From Phoronis australis (lineage: Eukaryota; Animalia; Phoronida), in the NCBI GenBank assembly GCA_002633005.1, contig NMRA01000433.1:62001-126000 (forward strand): DNA of 64,000 bases. The letters run 5' to 3'. The notes below the pieces were generated by a model. That model had not been told where the DNA came from. It searched no databases and was given only the letters and a program-made list of their open reading frames with translations. Below, piece after piece: positions 1 to 13,499 of this stretch (its first letter is position 1; each line of letters starts with the position of its first letter). Made by a program: the position numbers and the translations under genes.

Positions 1-1183
1 TCTTCCTCCGGTATGAACTCAAAGAACACACCTGTTGACGCCAAGGCATAACGTATGGTTTGATCTGCAGGCCAGTAATTGTAACCAAACTTGCCCTCTG
101 TGGACGCGTGATAAAGACTGTAAACTGGAACGTCCCCAAAATAAAAGGCCAGGATATCGGCATAATAACTAAATGAACCGGACAACGTACACGAAATACA
201 CTTTGCTCTGGGCCAAACGCGACCTACGATTGCCTGCATTCCTTTCCTAAACTCAATTCTGAGCTCCTCGGCCCTCTCCAGATTCGGTTTCAACAGCGAT
301 TCAAGTTGCCTTCGTTCGCCTGGATCAATGTTAATGTCATTGCTGATCAAACCGCTCGCGATATCGTCACAAATGCTCTGCCATTCGTCTTCGAGAGTTA
401 CGTAAAAAACATATGCGCTAGACGCAAGACTATGGATGATAGTAGATATGGGCTCCTGCAAGCAAAATATGGCGGAGACATAATAGAACTCGCGTTCCGT
501 ATAGCTGGTAAGTCTTCTGGGTGAGAACACTGTCTTTGGAGGGGTGGTACAAATTGCAGGTTCGTTTCCCAAAGCCATAGCGAGAATAGTTCCCGTTTCG
601 ATGCCACGTTCGGTTTTCTTGTAATTAGGAACGGGAACGAGTAGAGCAAACCCTTCTAAAGGAAAGTTCATAGGGGAATAATTCTTAAATAACTTCGCTG
701 CAAACTGCAATGATTGAATTGCGGCATATTTCGAGGCTATCAGTTTATAATTACACGGATAGACCTTATTCTTGCCGGATGTACCCGACGTCCACGCAAA
801 ATAATCAACAGGATACTTAGCATTAAACATGACGTTGGTTTCACCGTTTAAACACCTTTCGACATACGGCCTATAGTGCTCGTATGACGTAAGAGGATGT
901 CGTGAGCGAAACTCCTCTACTGTCGTGACGTCTGCAAGATTATGATACACATTGTATTGTGACTTCGAGTTCAGGTTCAGACACCACAATAACCATTTCT
1001 CTTGGTATTTTGCAATGCTGCTTTTCCCGATTATGAAGGGCAGTAGACGGATTGCCAAAGCAGACAATGAAAAATATGTCCACAAACCTATTAATTCTAA
1101 GCACGATCGTGAATCGCTCGGATGGCGTTGTGCTACATCCAAACATATCCATCCGCACAGCAACAAAACAGCTATCAGCAAGG
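1..1183 (-). CDS. GHDC: GH3 domain-containing protein, paralog A, large exon 2 (runs off window start)
   Basis: Manual translation is open from acceptor ttttcag|CC at 1183 to base 1: LLIAVLLLCGW...HPLTSYEHYRPYVERCL...AWTSGTSGKNK...YHASTEG...FFEFIPEE. It is colinear with the 23966..25191 exon. Probably missing from the ORF track because it has no stop inside the window. Confidence 0.93.
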
Positions 1184-1479
1184 CTGAAAACCAAAAAAAA
1201 TAAATTATCACAAAAATTCCGGCATCTCGGCAACAACTTTAAGTTTAGATTACTTTGTTTCATCTCTTTCATTTGCGTATGTCATTTATTGGAATGGAAA
1301 AACAGCTTTCGACAATCGACTTTCAGGGAATTACTACTTCTAGAGCAGAATTTAGTATATAATTAATTTTACCAGGCAGAATTGTTTACTAGTGTGTTCA
1401 CATTCATAGTTCGGATGCCAATACAATACAATCGTGCAACGTCCTTTTAAGACGTGTATGTCCAACCAAGTTGCGATTA

Positions 1480-1636
1480 CTTGAGTGGTTTGAGCTCCGG
1501 ACTCCCGTTTCGGAGATCCAGGTTCAAATCCTGGTATTACTGGCTGACAATCGAGCATTGCGCAAAGGTGTCTTCTACTCCACTGAGTTCGGTCTTACTA
1601 GTGAATGTATGCAAAAGCAATGAATGAAAACTTGGG
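1480..1636 (+). mobile_element. tRNA-derived SINE, copy 1 (in GH3-A intron 1)
   Basis: A-box-like gtggtttgagctccgg and B-box ggttcaaatcc are followed by a non-tRNA body that is shared with a second copy at ~59190..59345. Confidence 0.7.
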
Positions 1637-2690
1637 GCCGCATACCTTGGGTTCCAAGATATAACAATTGTCAATGTCTCCCTTATAAAATCAATGTGGT
1701 CTATGGTTTGTTCTGTTACGGCAGCGCCAATGAAAACAGATAATTTGAATTAAAGACGCTGCAGACTATTTTGGCGAACATCCGACGACTTTAATTCACA
1801 TATCATTTGTTCTTACAAAGGGGATTTTTCCTTAAACCAATACCAATTGCCAGTATTGTCATGGCAACAGAAACTAATCCAAATAGCTACATGTAATCAT
1901 TGACCTGGTATGAAGCAATCAAGTGACCTGTGACTTGTTCTCGAGCACAGAAACAATTTCCAGCCTGAGGCGGAAAAATGAGATTCAGTAGTACATGTAG
2001 TTGGCTACACTGTTATGTGCAAAAGTTAGAAGTCAGTAGCTCAGGACCGGACATCACACACGAAACGTGTTGCGCCATGTACTTTGATGAGAGATAGATC
2101 CGTCCCATCCCAAAACAAATCACACATGATCCAGGTCATAGATTGACTGGCATATGAAGAATCAAGCAATTTGTAAAGATATCAGTGTACAGTGTAGTTA
2201 GAGTAGGCCAAGCCTTCCTGCATTTTATTACTACAATCAATAGATGAGCATCTCGCTTAATGTTATAAACTGTCACGACATCTAACTATTCGATACATTC
2301 TTGTGATCATCAAACAGAAAGCGCCACCTTCAGTTTATTACTTCTTCAAAGTATCACCCAGTATACTTTTGCGGTCTCATGTCCATAAGCAATTACTAAT
2401 AGATTTTAAGCATTGGGAAAGAGAGGTATGGCTGCGGCAGGTCAATCTCAGCCGAAACCGGTAGCGTTTATGTGTTACCAATGTACCTTTATTTATGCTA
2501 TATTCTATTCAAAGAAATGATCACGATACCCATTTAATAACAGATATTGATAAAAAGCCACCACCAATTCTACAAGCTATCTACTTTCCACCATGCACCT
2601 TCACAGAGTTCAGTAAAATCTACAGTTTTGTAGACATTTGGCTAAATACGAAGACTTGTCAACATATCCTATACAATTTTAACCACTTAC

Positions 2691-2811
2691 ACTTGAGTAT
2701 TGAGAATCCCGTAGAAGACACGGTAGCCTGGATGAACGCCTGAAATACAAGGCTGACCGCGAGAATGAAAAAACCAACGGACATTAGCCTGAATTGGTGT
2801 ACCCTCGCCAT
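2691..2811 (-). CDS. GHDC: GH3 paralog A, coding exon 1 (hydrophobic signal/anchor)
   Basis: ATG at 2811 gives MARVHQFRLMSVGFFILAVSLVFQAFIQATVSSTGFSILK+T|gtaagt. This phase-1 donor matches the acceptor at 1183 (T+CC=Ser). Homologous to the exon at 30830..30947. Confidence 0.88.
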
Positions 2812-4821
2812 TATGCTCGTAAGTTTGTGAAGCGTAGTTAAGCGTTTTGATATCAGTGATCGAGGAAAGGTCACGCGCAGCTGAAGTAATAAGTTATTTA
2901 AATAGATTACAAAATGTGTGACCTGGTTATCAAGTTCTGCATTGTTTACCTGGACCGTCTACCCCAGTACTCTATCGATGCTGTAGGCAAGTATAGGCCT
3001 ACACAACTGGATTGGCCTAAATATCCACTCCTGCCGAGAAACCAAGGAGAGTTTCCCCTACGTGATAAAAAGGTGATGGGTTGGTTATAAGACACGTTCT
3101 TCAAATTATGACAGGCCACTGGCCCGACACAGACACGTTACTGGGTCTATGGGGAGCTCAGTGTATCCCGAGCAATGAAATAAATAGCTAGAGACGACAC
3201 GACTATGTTCGCAAGCCAGCTGATAGCGCGTGAAACGCGGTCCGCCATATTGATGATGAACGCTATGTAAACAAAAGCACGGTAGCCTTATGGAAGCCGG
3301 GGAATTTTCAGAATAAAATTCGAAATTTTGATTACTAAAGAGGTTTTGAAATATCGGTAACATTAGGCAATGTAAAAACCTGTGGCTCACGCATTGATTA
3401 AACGGTCATAAAGCCATTGCAAAGACAAAATTCCTCATCACTTTAGCTAGGACTGGGATTTTTTTGCCGGCTGAGTCGAAAAGATAATAACACTGAAATG
3501 TATACAGTTTAGAAAATGGTATTATACAAAAAACATAACCTTTTCATCGTTATAATTGTATCAGTAGTACCAATTTTTAAGTTGTTTATGAACTGACAAG
3601 AACATCAGCTGTCAAGCGGACAGCTCTCCGGCAAGCCATTACATCACTGCATTCCCAAAGTTTTTAGTATGGGTCTAAAGATTCCTTGACCCGACGCCAC
3701 TTGATTCATTCTAACAAAAATATTTGAGGCTTGCGTTCGTGTGAAACACTTGAACACTAAATAGGAAAAAATTAATCGAAACCTATAGCAATCGATGAGC
3801 ACACAAACAGCAGTAGGCCTGCATGCAAAGTCGTGTCACTGTGTGGAACAATTGACCAATGGAGGGGTCCATGCTTGTGTACATGTGCATATTTGGAATT
3901 AAAACCATAGGCCAGTTTGAATAAAAGTTGGGAGGAAAAATTTGCAAAGCCATAGATTTATAGAAACTGACTGGGCGTCCGAAACCGGAGGTCGAAGTAT
4001 GCATTTGCAGAGACCCAATTTTCCGAAAGGTGATTGCAATTGTCTACTTCCGGTTATACCAACGAATAATAATTACATCAATATGAAGACGATTTTTTCC
4101 AAAAATAAAGCTTACGTAAGGGGTGCTGAGGAGTCTCGAGGAAAATTATTTCAGTAATATGCTACTATCTAGCATTACTTGCCCTATTACTTAATTCATC
4201 TTAGATTGGTCAACTGGCAATTTGTGCAGTTTGAAACGACATTGTGTCACAGTTCAGACAGTTGTGTCATAAACTCTATTGTAAAACAACACGCCGCGGA
4301 ATTATAGTTTTAAAAGGCGTTCGCATTATTAATTTTACCAATAATTATTCTTACACCAATCAATGCCTCCCTTTTATCAGATCATGTTATGCGGATTCGT
4401 AGATTTTTTTGTCAATAACAAACACTTCTATCTCAATTTTCATCCAGAACGAGAAGGACACCTAAAATGCTCACACAGAAACAACACATTGAGGTATTGT
4501 AACCATTTCAAACAATAAAGTTTTGATTTATTTCAAAACATATTTATTTCAAAATGTTACCATCACGCAGTAAAATCACACCGTGACAGTAAATGGGAAA
4601 TGTCTAGCTGGTACAAAATTAATGAACCGTACTTGTACATGCACTCCATTTCAGCAAGTCAGATTTCAACCAACTCTAATTTAATCCCTCAATTCAGTTT
4701 GATCCGACATTTAGTGTACTGGCACACAATTATGTTACTAGTACATTTATACTGACAACATCCCGCCACAATGTAATTATGACAAAACTCAATGTTCATA
4801 AACTCTATCTGCTCTGTCCTA

Positions 4822-5080
4822 CATATGCGCACACAGGAAGGGGGGAGCTCTAGAGGGGGGGACTCGAATGAGACTCCCATTTGGCAAAGAGAGCAAAAAG
4901 GACAACCTCAGAGAAACAAAAAGTCCGAGAATACGAAACGAAAGTCCACTAGAAAGGCGCATACGCACAATTCGCAGCTGTGAACGTGGTACCCCGTTTT
5001 TAAGTCACCCGGCTTTTTGTTAGTAAAAGGTCCACATCGCCAGAAACTCGAGACCCCCCAAAACGCCGGGTGGGCACATG
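4822..5080. mobile_element. MITE with CAT..GCAC/GTG..CATG termini (family shared with 37091..37359)
   Basis: Imperfect TIRs catatgcgcacacagg / ccgggtgggcacatg, with G-runs on the left and C-runs on the right. Internal aaaaggtcc occurs as the reverse complement (ggacctttt) in the 37 kb copy. Confidence 0.55.
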
Positions 5081-6081
5081 CTACATACCATGTACACTGT
5101 AAATATCAGAAGACCATAAACAGCTGGACAGAAAATAATGGTTTCCTCAAGTAATACAGTTGCAGATTTTAATAACTTCCCAGGCTACAAAACATTTGTC
5201 CCATCCCATGAAATCTACAGAAACAATCCATCCATCGTCCCAATATATCATTTTGGGGTGTAGCATTCATGGGGTATCCCTTCTTTGATCCTACCACATT
5301 GCTAATAACCTGGATATATTAATAAATCTTCCAACTGGTGTCCACTCTGTAAAAAAGTACAATTATTAATCTTGAAGTCACTTTTTGTGTTTCTTCGTTG
5401 CTAGAAAACAACAGATACATGTATCTTGGTCACTAAACCCTTAGAGACATATCGAACTAAGAATGAAAGTCAAATAAAAGACCATGAAACATCGACTTAA
5501 GTGGGTGTTCTAGGAAACAAATGAATTTGAACAATATTGTTTCTGAGATCGGATTCTCACCAACAAAGTCATTTGATTTCAGTTTCAATTTTTAAACATC
5601 GAAAGACCAAAAAATTATATCATTGATTCTGGGTCAAATCTTTATACTAGAAATCAAACCATGTTTTTTATTTTTCTGCTGTAACTAAAGATACGTGTTA
5701 AGACCCTTTTTAAAATCCTGTGCTCAAGTATGCAATCATTTTCTTGGATGATTTTCTAAAAATCCTAGTTTGCACTTGTTGATCCTAACATTAAAGCTAC
5801 GACTTTTTAGTAGAAATTCCGTTTGCTAGCAATATTGGTTTCTAGATACTACAGATTACCCACGCATGGTTTATCAGCAAGATGGTGGACCACTGTGTTC
5901 AACGAAAACCACGTGACGTCAACTCTAGCTATTTATCTCATTGGTCCCGAGTGTGCTACTGACGTTGAAACCCCCAAACACCTGATAGAGTCTTGTATAT
6001 TTTTTTTCTATAGACTAAAGAGCAACCCATTGGACGGCACTGTTAACTGCGTACAACATATAGTAGACCTACATGGCAAGA

Positions 6082-6143
6082 AGTATAAGTCTGTCCGTTT
6101 TCTTAAAGGAAACATGAAAACTTCCTTCGCGAAGAACCATAAC
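6082..6143 (+). repeat. 62-bp direct repeat, left copy (right copy 8391..8452), flanking the LINE
   Basis: agtata..tctgtccgttttcttaaaggaaa..gaagaaccataac occurs on both sides, with 6 mismatches counted by eye. Confidence 0.85.
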
Positions 6144-8390
6144 ATATAAATTGGCTTCTTCGGCTGTGGCTGAACTGTTGAAACCCGTTTTGGGAAAGCT
6201 AATCAGTAAGGACCAGACAGGTTTCGTTTCAGGAAGAAATACGATCGAAAATATCCGCGTGCTATGTGATTTAATGTTTTATGCCCAGGCAGCTAACAAA
6301 CCTGGATTGCTTTTACTGATTGATTTGAGACAGCATTTGATTCATTGTCGTGGAATTTTATTCAAAAAACTTTATCTTTCCTTAATTTTGGTTGGTCTAT
6401 GAGAAGTAATATTACGTCCTGTGTTGTCGTAATTGGTCACCCATCGTCCTGGTTCAATATTTCGCGTGGCTGCAGACAAGATGACCCCTTGTCTCCATAC
6501 ATTTTCATGTTGTGCCCGGAGATTTTGGTGTATTTAATTAAGAAAAATAAAAATATTGCTGGTGTAGTTGCAGGAAATAAGGAATATTTGATTTCACAAT
6601 ATGCGGACGACACATCAATTACGTTGGTTGGGTCGAATTTGTCATTGACTACCGCATTGAATGAACTTCATTTGTTTGCTAGTGTCCCCGGTCTCCAAGT
6701 GAATGTGAATAAAACAAAGCCATATGGTTTGGAAGTAAAACTGGTAGTGATGACTTGATTCCTACAAAGGAAAGTCTGTGTTGGTCAAAAAAAAATCTAT
6801 AAGATTTTTGGTTGTGGATTTTGACACTCAGTTGGGAGTTATGACGAATAAGAACTTCACTGCAAGAATAACTGAGATTAAGCTTTTATTGAAAAGTTGG
6901 AGTCGACGAAATTTAACGCCGTTTGGTAGAGTAACAGTAATTAAAACATTGGCTATTTCTAATTTTTTTTTTTTTTTCAAGTTTACCAAATCCACCAGTA
7001 AAAGTCTTGGATGAATTGAATACGACAATTTTTAGATTTGTGTGGCTGTCTCGTCATAATAAAATTCAACGAACCATGGCCAGTTTAGGACTTCATCAAG
7101 GGGGACTTCAAAAGATAAATATGGATACTTTCAGCAAAGCTTTAAAACTCGCTATAGACCGTAGATATCTTGAAAGCCTTGTGTCTAAACGTCGTGAATT
7201 ACTGTACTCACTCTACCCGTTCTTAAAGAACTTTGCTTCATTTGGAGATGACTTTAGTAAGTCGAAGTTAGCTCTAATTGGTCATTCCTACTGGTGCGAA
7301 GTATTTGGAAGTATGGCTTCTTTCCACAAGAAAGTAGTAATTGTTGCAAGTACTGTAAGGAGGATTTTTTGAATCACCCTTTGTGGTTTAATAGTAACTT
7401 GGCCATCGGAAGCACAAGTGCTTTTTATAAGCCTTGGTTTGTAAAAGGCTTAAGATTTATTAGAGATATGTATACCTCGAACGCTGACTTCGTTCGTTTG
7501 AACCATATGAAAAATAAGTTCAATGTAAAAACCAACTTTGTAGAATATAATGGTGTTGTTTCCGTTCTAAGGAGGCTTCAAAAAAGTCTATTTCAAAGTA
7601 AACTAATAATAAAAATAATAATATCTACGGTCCTTGCATGCCTTTAGCAATCACTCACTTACGGAAAGATGTGAAGGGTTGTAGACATAATTGTTCAGTG
7701 TTTAACCATCTAAGACAGAGTGTAAATGGGAAATAGAATTAGGAGATAGTTTAGATTGGAAGAAAATGTACGCATTGCCTTATGAAATTACAAAGGATAC
7801 CAACATTAGATTGTTCCAATTTAGAATACTACACAGGATTATTACAACAAATACCTTTTTAATCCAAATCCGTGTTCGGGTTTCTAATTTATGTTCCTTT
7901 TGTAATAAAGCTCCAGAGACGCTGTCACACTTTTTTGGGAATGTCGCATTGTACAAGATTTCCGGAAGGAATTCGGACAGCCAATGCAAAAGTGTCGCAT
8001 TCAGCTTCCCAACAGTCTCTCTTAACATCGAGTTATTCTTGGACTTTACGAGACGTATGATTTTCTTTTTAACATTTTGCTTCTAATAGCGAAAAAGTAA
8101 ATTTACAAGGAAAGATGTAACAAAAATATACCTAATTTTCACGTTTATTACATATATTTATGAGTACTATAATGCTGGAAAATTAATTTCATACAAAAAT
8201 TTTGTATATGACAGCTTCTCTGCGAAATGGGAAAATTTCGTTGTTCACGTTAACTGCATATAGAAGTTATTTACTTTAAGCGAGATACGAGAATGGTCTT
8301 TCCTGAGGTGTGCATACGTGAATGAATGGATGTACTAATTTGTTTGTTTGTTTTTGTACTGTTTTATAAATGATAATAAATTCTTTAAAC
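6144..8390 (+). mobile_element. 5'-truncated, frameshifted non-LTR retrotransposon (L1/Tx1-like ORF2: RT plus C-terminal zinc-binding region)
   Basis: Consecutive ORF fragments: LISKDQTGFVSGRNTIENIR, RGCRQDDPLSPYIF, ISQYADDT, WSRRNLTPFGRVTVIKTLA, FQFRILHRII, CSFCNKAPETLSHF. AATAAA at 8375. Flanked by 62-bp direct repeats. Confidence 0.9.
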
Positions 8391-9125
8391 AGTATATATC
8401 TGTCCGTTTTCTTAAAGGAAATTTGAAAATTTCCTTCACGAAGAACCATAACGGTTCTCACGTGATTTTAGCTCAAGTGTTCGGGGCAATAGGCCCAATC
8501 ATGAAGCCTGTGCACGTCTGATGCACCGCAAATGAAATTAGGTCACCTAAACTCTTTTTCATCAAATCAGGGTAACTCTGTTTCGATCGAGCCATGGCCA
8601 GCATGTGGTTGGCGTGACCAGACTCGAAATAATCTTCATTTCTGACTTCCAACGGTTTGGCATTTCTGTTGTCTCTCCAACCGTTGCATGCATTCGATAC
8701 GTAATCGTCCGTAGTTTTATTAGGCGTGGTCAAGGCAATACCTCGGGAATAATCCCTCACTTACATGACGAAGCAAAATAAAACGAAACATAACAACTGA
8801 ATCTGTGTATTAATGAGCGACCAAAACTCTCTCTCTCTATTCCACTCTTTTTCACAATTATGTGACCAAGACAAATAAACCACGCTTTTCATCAGTGGAA
8901 AAATGTCATATAACGAACACAAAGCTTTTTTGCTAAAGGATTTTCTCGTTCAATTTTGCGTCTAATTTTGACACCAGGGATCAAATTAATTAGCGTGGTT
9001 AGCTTGAAACTAAAAATAAGTACTCGTTTTAGTCACGGAAGACACGCACAGACATCATGACTGAATCAATCATAACTTCACAATCGACGTCGAATGCGGG
9101 ATTGCGATAAACTTCATATTACAGT

Positions 9126-10517
9126 ACAGCCACTGAATTTTTAGACTTCGTCCGGGCTACCTCACGCCTGCCCAGACCGGAGCACAACCGGAACGCAGGC
9201 GTGACTGAAACCAGTCACGGTCGCCTCACGCCTACTCTCCGGGTAGTCCTCACGCTTACCTCCGGTTTAGTTCACGCTTTCCTAAGGCTTTCTTCACGCC
9301 TTCGAAACCTGTGGTAACCATGGTAGGGCACCGGGCTAATCAATAAAATACATGTAACGTCTTGATTTCCTGTCGTTTCGGACAAGTTTCAAAGACATTA
9401 TAGTACGAGTATCTTTGCAAGCAGTCATCTATCACGCTTGAGTTCTGACTAACTTTGTAATTCCACGTGTTGTTCATACAAACGTCTTCCTTCAGCTCAT
9501 CTTGTGCTACGGTTACATGTACATTTTCTATTTACAACTTAAGAGCCAGTCCCATCAACGACATACATGTACAGTAACCACGGTTAGTAAATACGAATAC
9601 ATGTATACTCGACCCTGTGTCCAGAGTCGTCTTTACATGGCTGTGGACTCCTTGAAACTTGTCACAGCTGGATATAGTAAATTTGCACTAAAAATAGCCT
9701 ACGCATCTTGTGAAGTATTGTGTCACTTCATAAATTTTTGCACCGCACTGACGTACAGAAAATTTCAATAGGCTGCGTTTCTGATATACCCATCCCTTAG
9801 TGCAAGCAAATGTTTTGAATAAAAAGTTCTCAATCCGTAGCGCAGTTTAATTATTTGTAGCCCCCTCCCCGCAGTACATGCGTTTCGACTGAGTTCACAG
9901 TATCCCCGTGGTACTTCTTCACTAAAACATAATAGCAGTGATCTGTTTTACTCGTCAAATGCATGGGCACGATCAGTTTTCTCCGCATGAAGCCGGAACT
10001 TGGGAACAATGTGCTCAGAACTGACATGCTATGCTCCTTCATATCGTGAAGGCAATTGAATATTTCCGTCATGTACACGCGCGTTAAGATTCTTTATTAG
10101 TTTATATAAAAAACAAATAATTATGTATAAGTGAAAAGTAGAGTCCACAGGTCTGTTTCCTGAAGTAACTTAAGATTTGAGAAGAAAATTTTGGTCTTTT
10201 GCTGAACGTGAGGATTTCAAAAAAATAAACCTCACATGAACAAAGTCTATGAGAATACACACATCACTTCTAGTTCCTGATATAATTTTAATAAATTACT
10301 TTTTCATCTGCGATGCCTGTAAACTCACGCCTGGCTCTCCGCTGGCTCGCGCTTAGTTCATGCCTAACTCACGGTAAGCTCCGGGTTCAGTCGCGCTTAG
10401 GATCACGCCCGCTGTCACGGTTGATTCACGTGTCACTCTCCGGTCTGTCTCCGGTTACGGTCACGGGTGGCTAGACCGGAGAGACACCGAAAGAGAGACT
10501 AATAATTCAATGGCTGT
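9126..10517. mobile_element. ~1.39-kb non-autonomous DNA transposon
   Basis: Imperfect TIR acagccactgaattttta versus the reverse complement of the right end, acagccattgaattatta. Both subterminal ~200 bp are dense in TCACG/CCGG motifs. Confidence 0.65.
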
Positions 10518-11775
10518 TCGATTCAAATCACTTCACACGTTCAGCTGGCAAGATCACGTCTAAAACAGACATTTCTTTCGAGATACTTTATTGATCTACA
10601 TGTAGTTGTACCCAATTTTCTTGTGTCTGCCTCCCCGGGTATTGCCCTCCCCCCCCAACGTGAAATAACTGACGCCCATAAATGGGTGGGGACGATCAGG
10701 CACGGATGTTCAGGCGGTAGGTACGGTCTTGATATTTGGTAGCACGTGGGCCCAAGGTTTGGCGAATTCAAATTAGTTTGTGCCTCCCAATCGTGTTTAC
10801 TTCTCTACTGGCCAACCAAATGTAGCTCCTATGGTTTATTAGTAACGAGAAAATAAAAAGCGGGAAAATGTTGAGAACTTTCATACCACCTTGACATTTC
10901 GTTGAATTTTGACGTAGCTTGGCGAACTGCGGGCAATTAAAACTCGCATATCTGTCAAGCAGGAAAATCCAGAGCCAATGGCAACTGACTAGTAGGGTGC
11001 GACACTGGCGACAGGGGGATTTTGCAGTGAAATGTATTGTAGTCCGGGACCCATGTGTGTCGATGATAACTAAATTCAGAGTCACACTTGTCATATAATG
11101 TCGCCTGGGCGAAAACATTGGTCGAATGGAGAACTATGTCAGAACAGGGAAGGGGGGCAAATGGGACCATCAGGAGAGACTAATACACGCTTTTGGGGCA
11201 GCAGAGTTTGACAAAATCGAATATGTTCGTGCTTCTCAATAATTTATACCCTACTGCAGACTGGCAGAGCATTAACTCAATCGACCCAGAGCAAAATACA
11301 TGGCAATGAACAAATTTAATTGAAGCGATACCCCTGTGATTATGAATATGACGTGAGCAACGGTGCTGAGAAATCCGCTGGAAACGTGAGTACTTTGGAG
11401 TCCTCGTCCAAAATGTCCCTGGATGTCAAAATACGTCTTACGGAGGTCGCAAGATATTGTTTAATTTGCGACACCCATACGACGGGCGTAGAACCTACAT
11501 GTAATGTACATGTATAGGACACTTCCATTGTTGTCCTCTGTTGCGTCTTTGTTGGACCTAACAATACAGGTGGCATGAATATCATCTCTTTGGCGCACAT
11601 CAGCCCGTAACTGATTAATGCTTGTCATCATCCTTATTATGAGAAAGAAAAACAAAGGGAACAATGGATACCCCTATCTGTCGGCATGTATGCGACGTTT
11701 CTGTCCATCCGGCAGCTGCGCGCCACGTACGGGTAATTTCCACTCTACACGTACATGAGACTTTAACAAGACAGT

Positions 11776-12180
11776 TGTAGTAAACATCCCAAATAAGAGT
11801 AATCACAACGAGGTTTGTAATAAAAAACAAAAATTAGCTATAATTTTTGCAAGAGCAGAGCAATTTTACTAAAAGCATCGTAATTTTATATATTTATATT
11901 TCAGGTTGTGCAGGATCATATGGATAATGTCCAAATTTGCAGCAATTTGGGAAATCATATCTCACAAGTGGCTGATGGGATTCATATGCAGTAGCAGTAA
12001 ACATCCCAAATAAGAGCAACCACAACGAGGTTTGTAATAAAAACACTAATTAGCTGCAGGATCATTTTTTACTAAAACGTCATAACTTTACAAATTTATA
12101 GTGCAAGTTGTGCAAGATCATGTGGATAATGTCCAACTTTGGACTTTAGGAATTCATATCTCAGAATTGGCTGGTCGGCT
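11776..12180 (+). repeat. Diverged tandem duplication, period ~218 bp
   Basis: agtaaacatcccaaataagag..cacaacgaggtttgtaataaaaac..ggataatgtccaa..catatctca occurs at ~11779 and ~11996. Confidence 0.75.
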
Positions 12181-12730
12181 TCGTATAAATTTTCAGATAT
12201 TATGCAGTCCACTCTTCTCCAAAACACTGTAAGAAGTATTTTAAAGTAGTCCAATTTGGCTTGAAGAGTTGTTAAAAATAAAGCTTGTATGGTTTTTATG
12301 AAAAAAAACTAAAACATTCATAAACTGAGAACGGAAAAGTAGAAAATTGTAACGGTGTTTTTGCGATTTCATATTGCGCATTTACATCAAACAAAATTGG
12401 TCTAATTATTGACACAGCTGTTTTGCTACGTATCTTATATTCCGTAACCAAGGTACAGCAACGTTGACTTCAACCAGTCTGAGATAACATAAGGTTGTTC
12501 CATGTTTTCAGTAACTCAATAGACGTGTTCTAGTAAATTTTGACAGACTTGATCGATGAGATTGCATTTCATATCAGGAATCTACAATGAGATATCTTGG
12601 CTAACGCTAGTGCCAAAACGCACTGTACTTGACTTTTTCATTCCGCACACAAATGTTGTTGTATTTGACAGGCAGGCAATCCACTCAGCATATGTTTCTA
12701 AAAGTCCAGACGCTGAGCATCGTGGATTTC

Positions 12731-12955
12731 TTATTTGATAACGTTTCTCCAGAGAACGTTGAGATACTTTGGATTCCGTTGAGCACGTGGCATCTTAAAT
12801 TGGCATGCGGATGCACGCTCGTTGTCTCCGAGTATGATGTCTCGCAGTGTGGAGAAGGTCCCCGCTTTGCACTGGTAAACATCCATTGGTTCCAAGGATC
12901 CTTTCGCTCTGACAATGTCATAGAGATCATGGGTTTTGCGCAGGCTGTCGTCGAA
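12731..12955 (-). CDS. GHDC: GH3 paralog B, terminal exon 6
   Basis: Phase-0 acceptor tttccag|TTC. FDDSLRKTHDLYDIVRAKGSLEPMDVYQCKAGTFSTL...ASACQFKMPR...VIK* matches the GH3 C-terminal GTF...Q.K.PR pattern. Confidence 0.9.
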   Translation of the reverse strand, partial: FDDSLRKTHDLYDIVRAKGSLEPMDVYQCKAGTFSTLRDIILGDNERASACQFKMPRAQRNPKYLNVLWRNVIK

Positions 12956-13343
12956 CTGGAAATAGTAGAGCATTTGGTTGTTTAACCAGCAACCAGCGAT
13001 GCGTTAGTTCCGTGCAAACGCATATGCAGTACACGTCGCGAATATCGTACATGTATCTGCGCCAACGAGACTGCAGGGGGCGACGTACATCGTACACCAC
13101 CAGTGTCCCTGCTAGGCTCTAGGCGTCGCGAGGAAATAAAATGTCACCACCTGTATACAGGATTGCCTGATGTGTCAATTGTTGATGAATTTGTATTATA
13201 GTATAAAAAACTGATGTTGAACTACATTAAAGAAAAATGGCATAAATGGTTGAACCGCTTACGCACCGTTTAACAGTAAAGGACCCTATCATAACGCACA
13301 GAGTGCAGTTTTGACAATGATCGGAAAACGAAACTACTCTTAC

Positions 13344-13435
13344 CATGGCCTTCTGTTGCTCTGTTAACAACATTGTGTTTTCCAGGACCTCGACAAATAA
13401 TTTATACCCTCTTTTATTAGGCACAACACGGTTTC
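13344..13435 (-). CDS. GHDC: GH3 paralog B, exon 5
   Basis: ttttcag|GA...ATG|gtaaga, 92 bp, phase 1 to 0, fitting both neighbours. Encodes (G)NRVVPNKRGYKLFVEVLENTMLLTEQQKAM, with the GH3 Y..F.E segment. Confidence 0.85.
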
Positions 13436-13499
13436 CTGAAAATAAGGCAACAACAACTTCCGTCATAACTAAATCCACTGTTATCACCCATCTACATTT

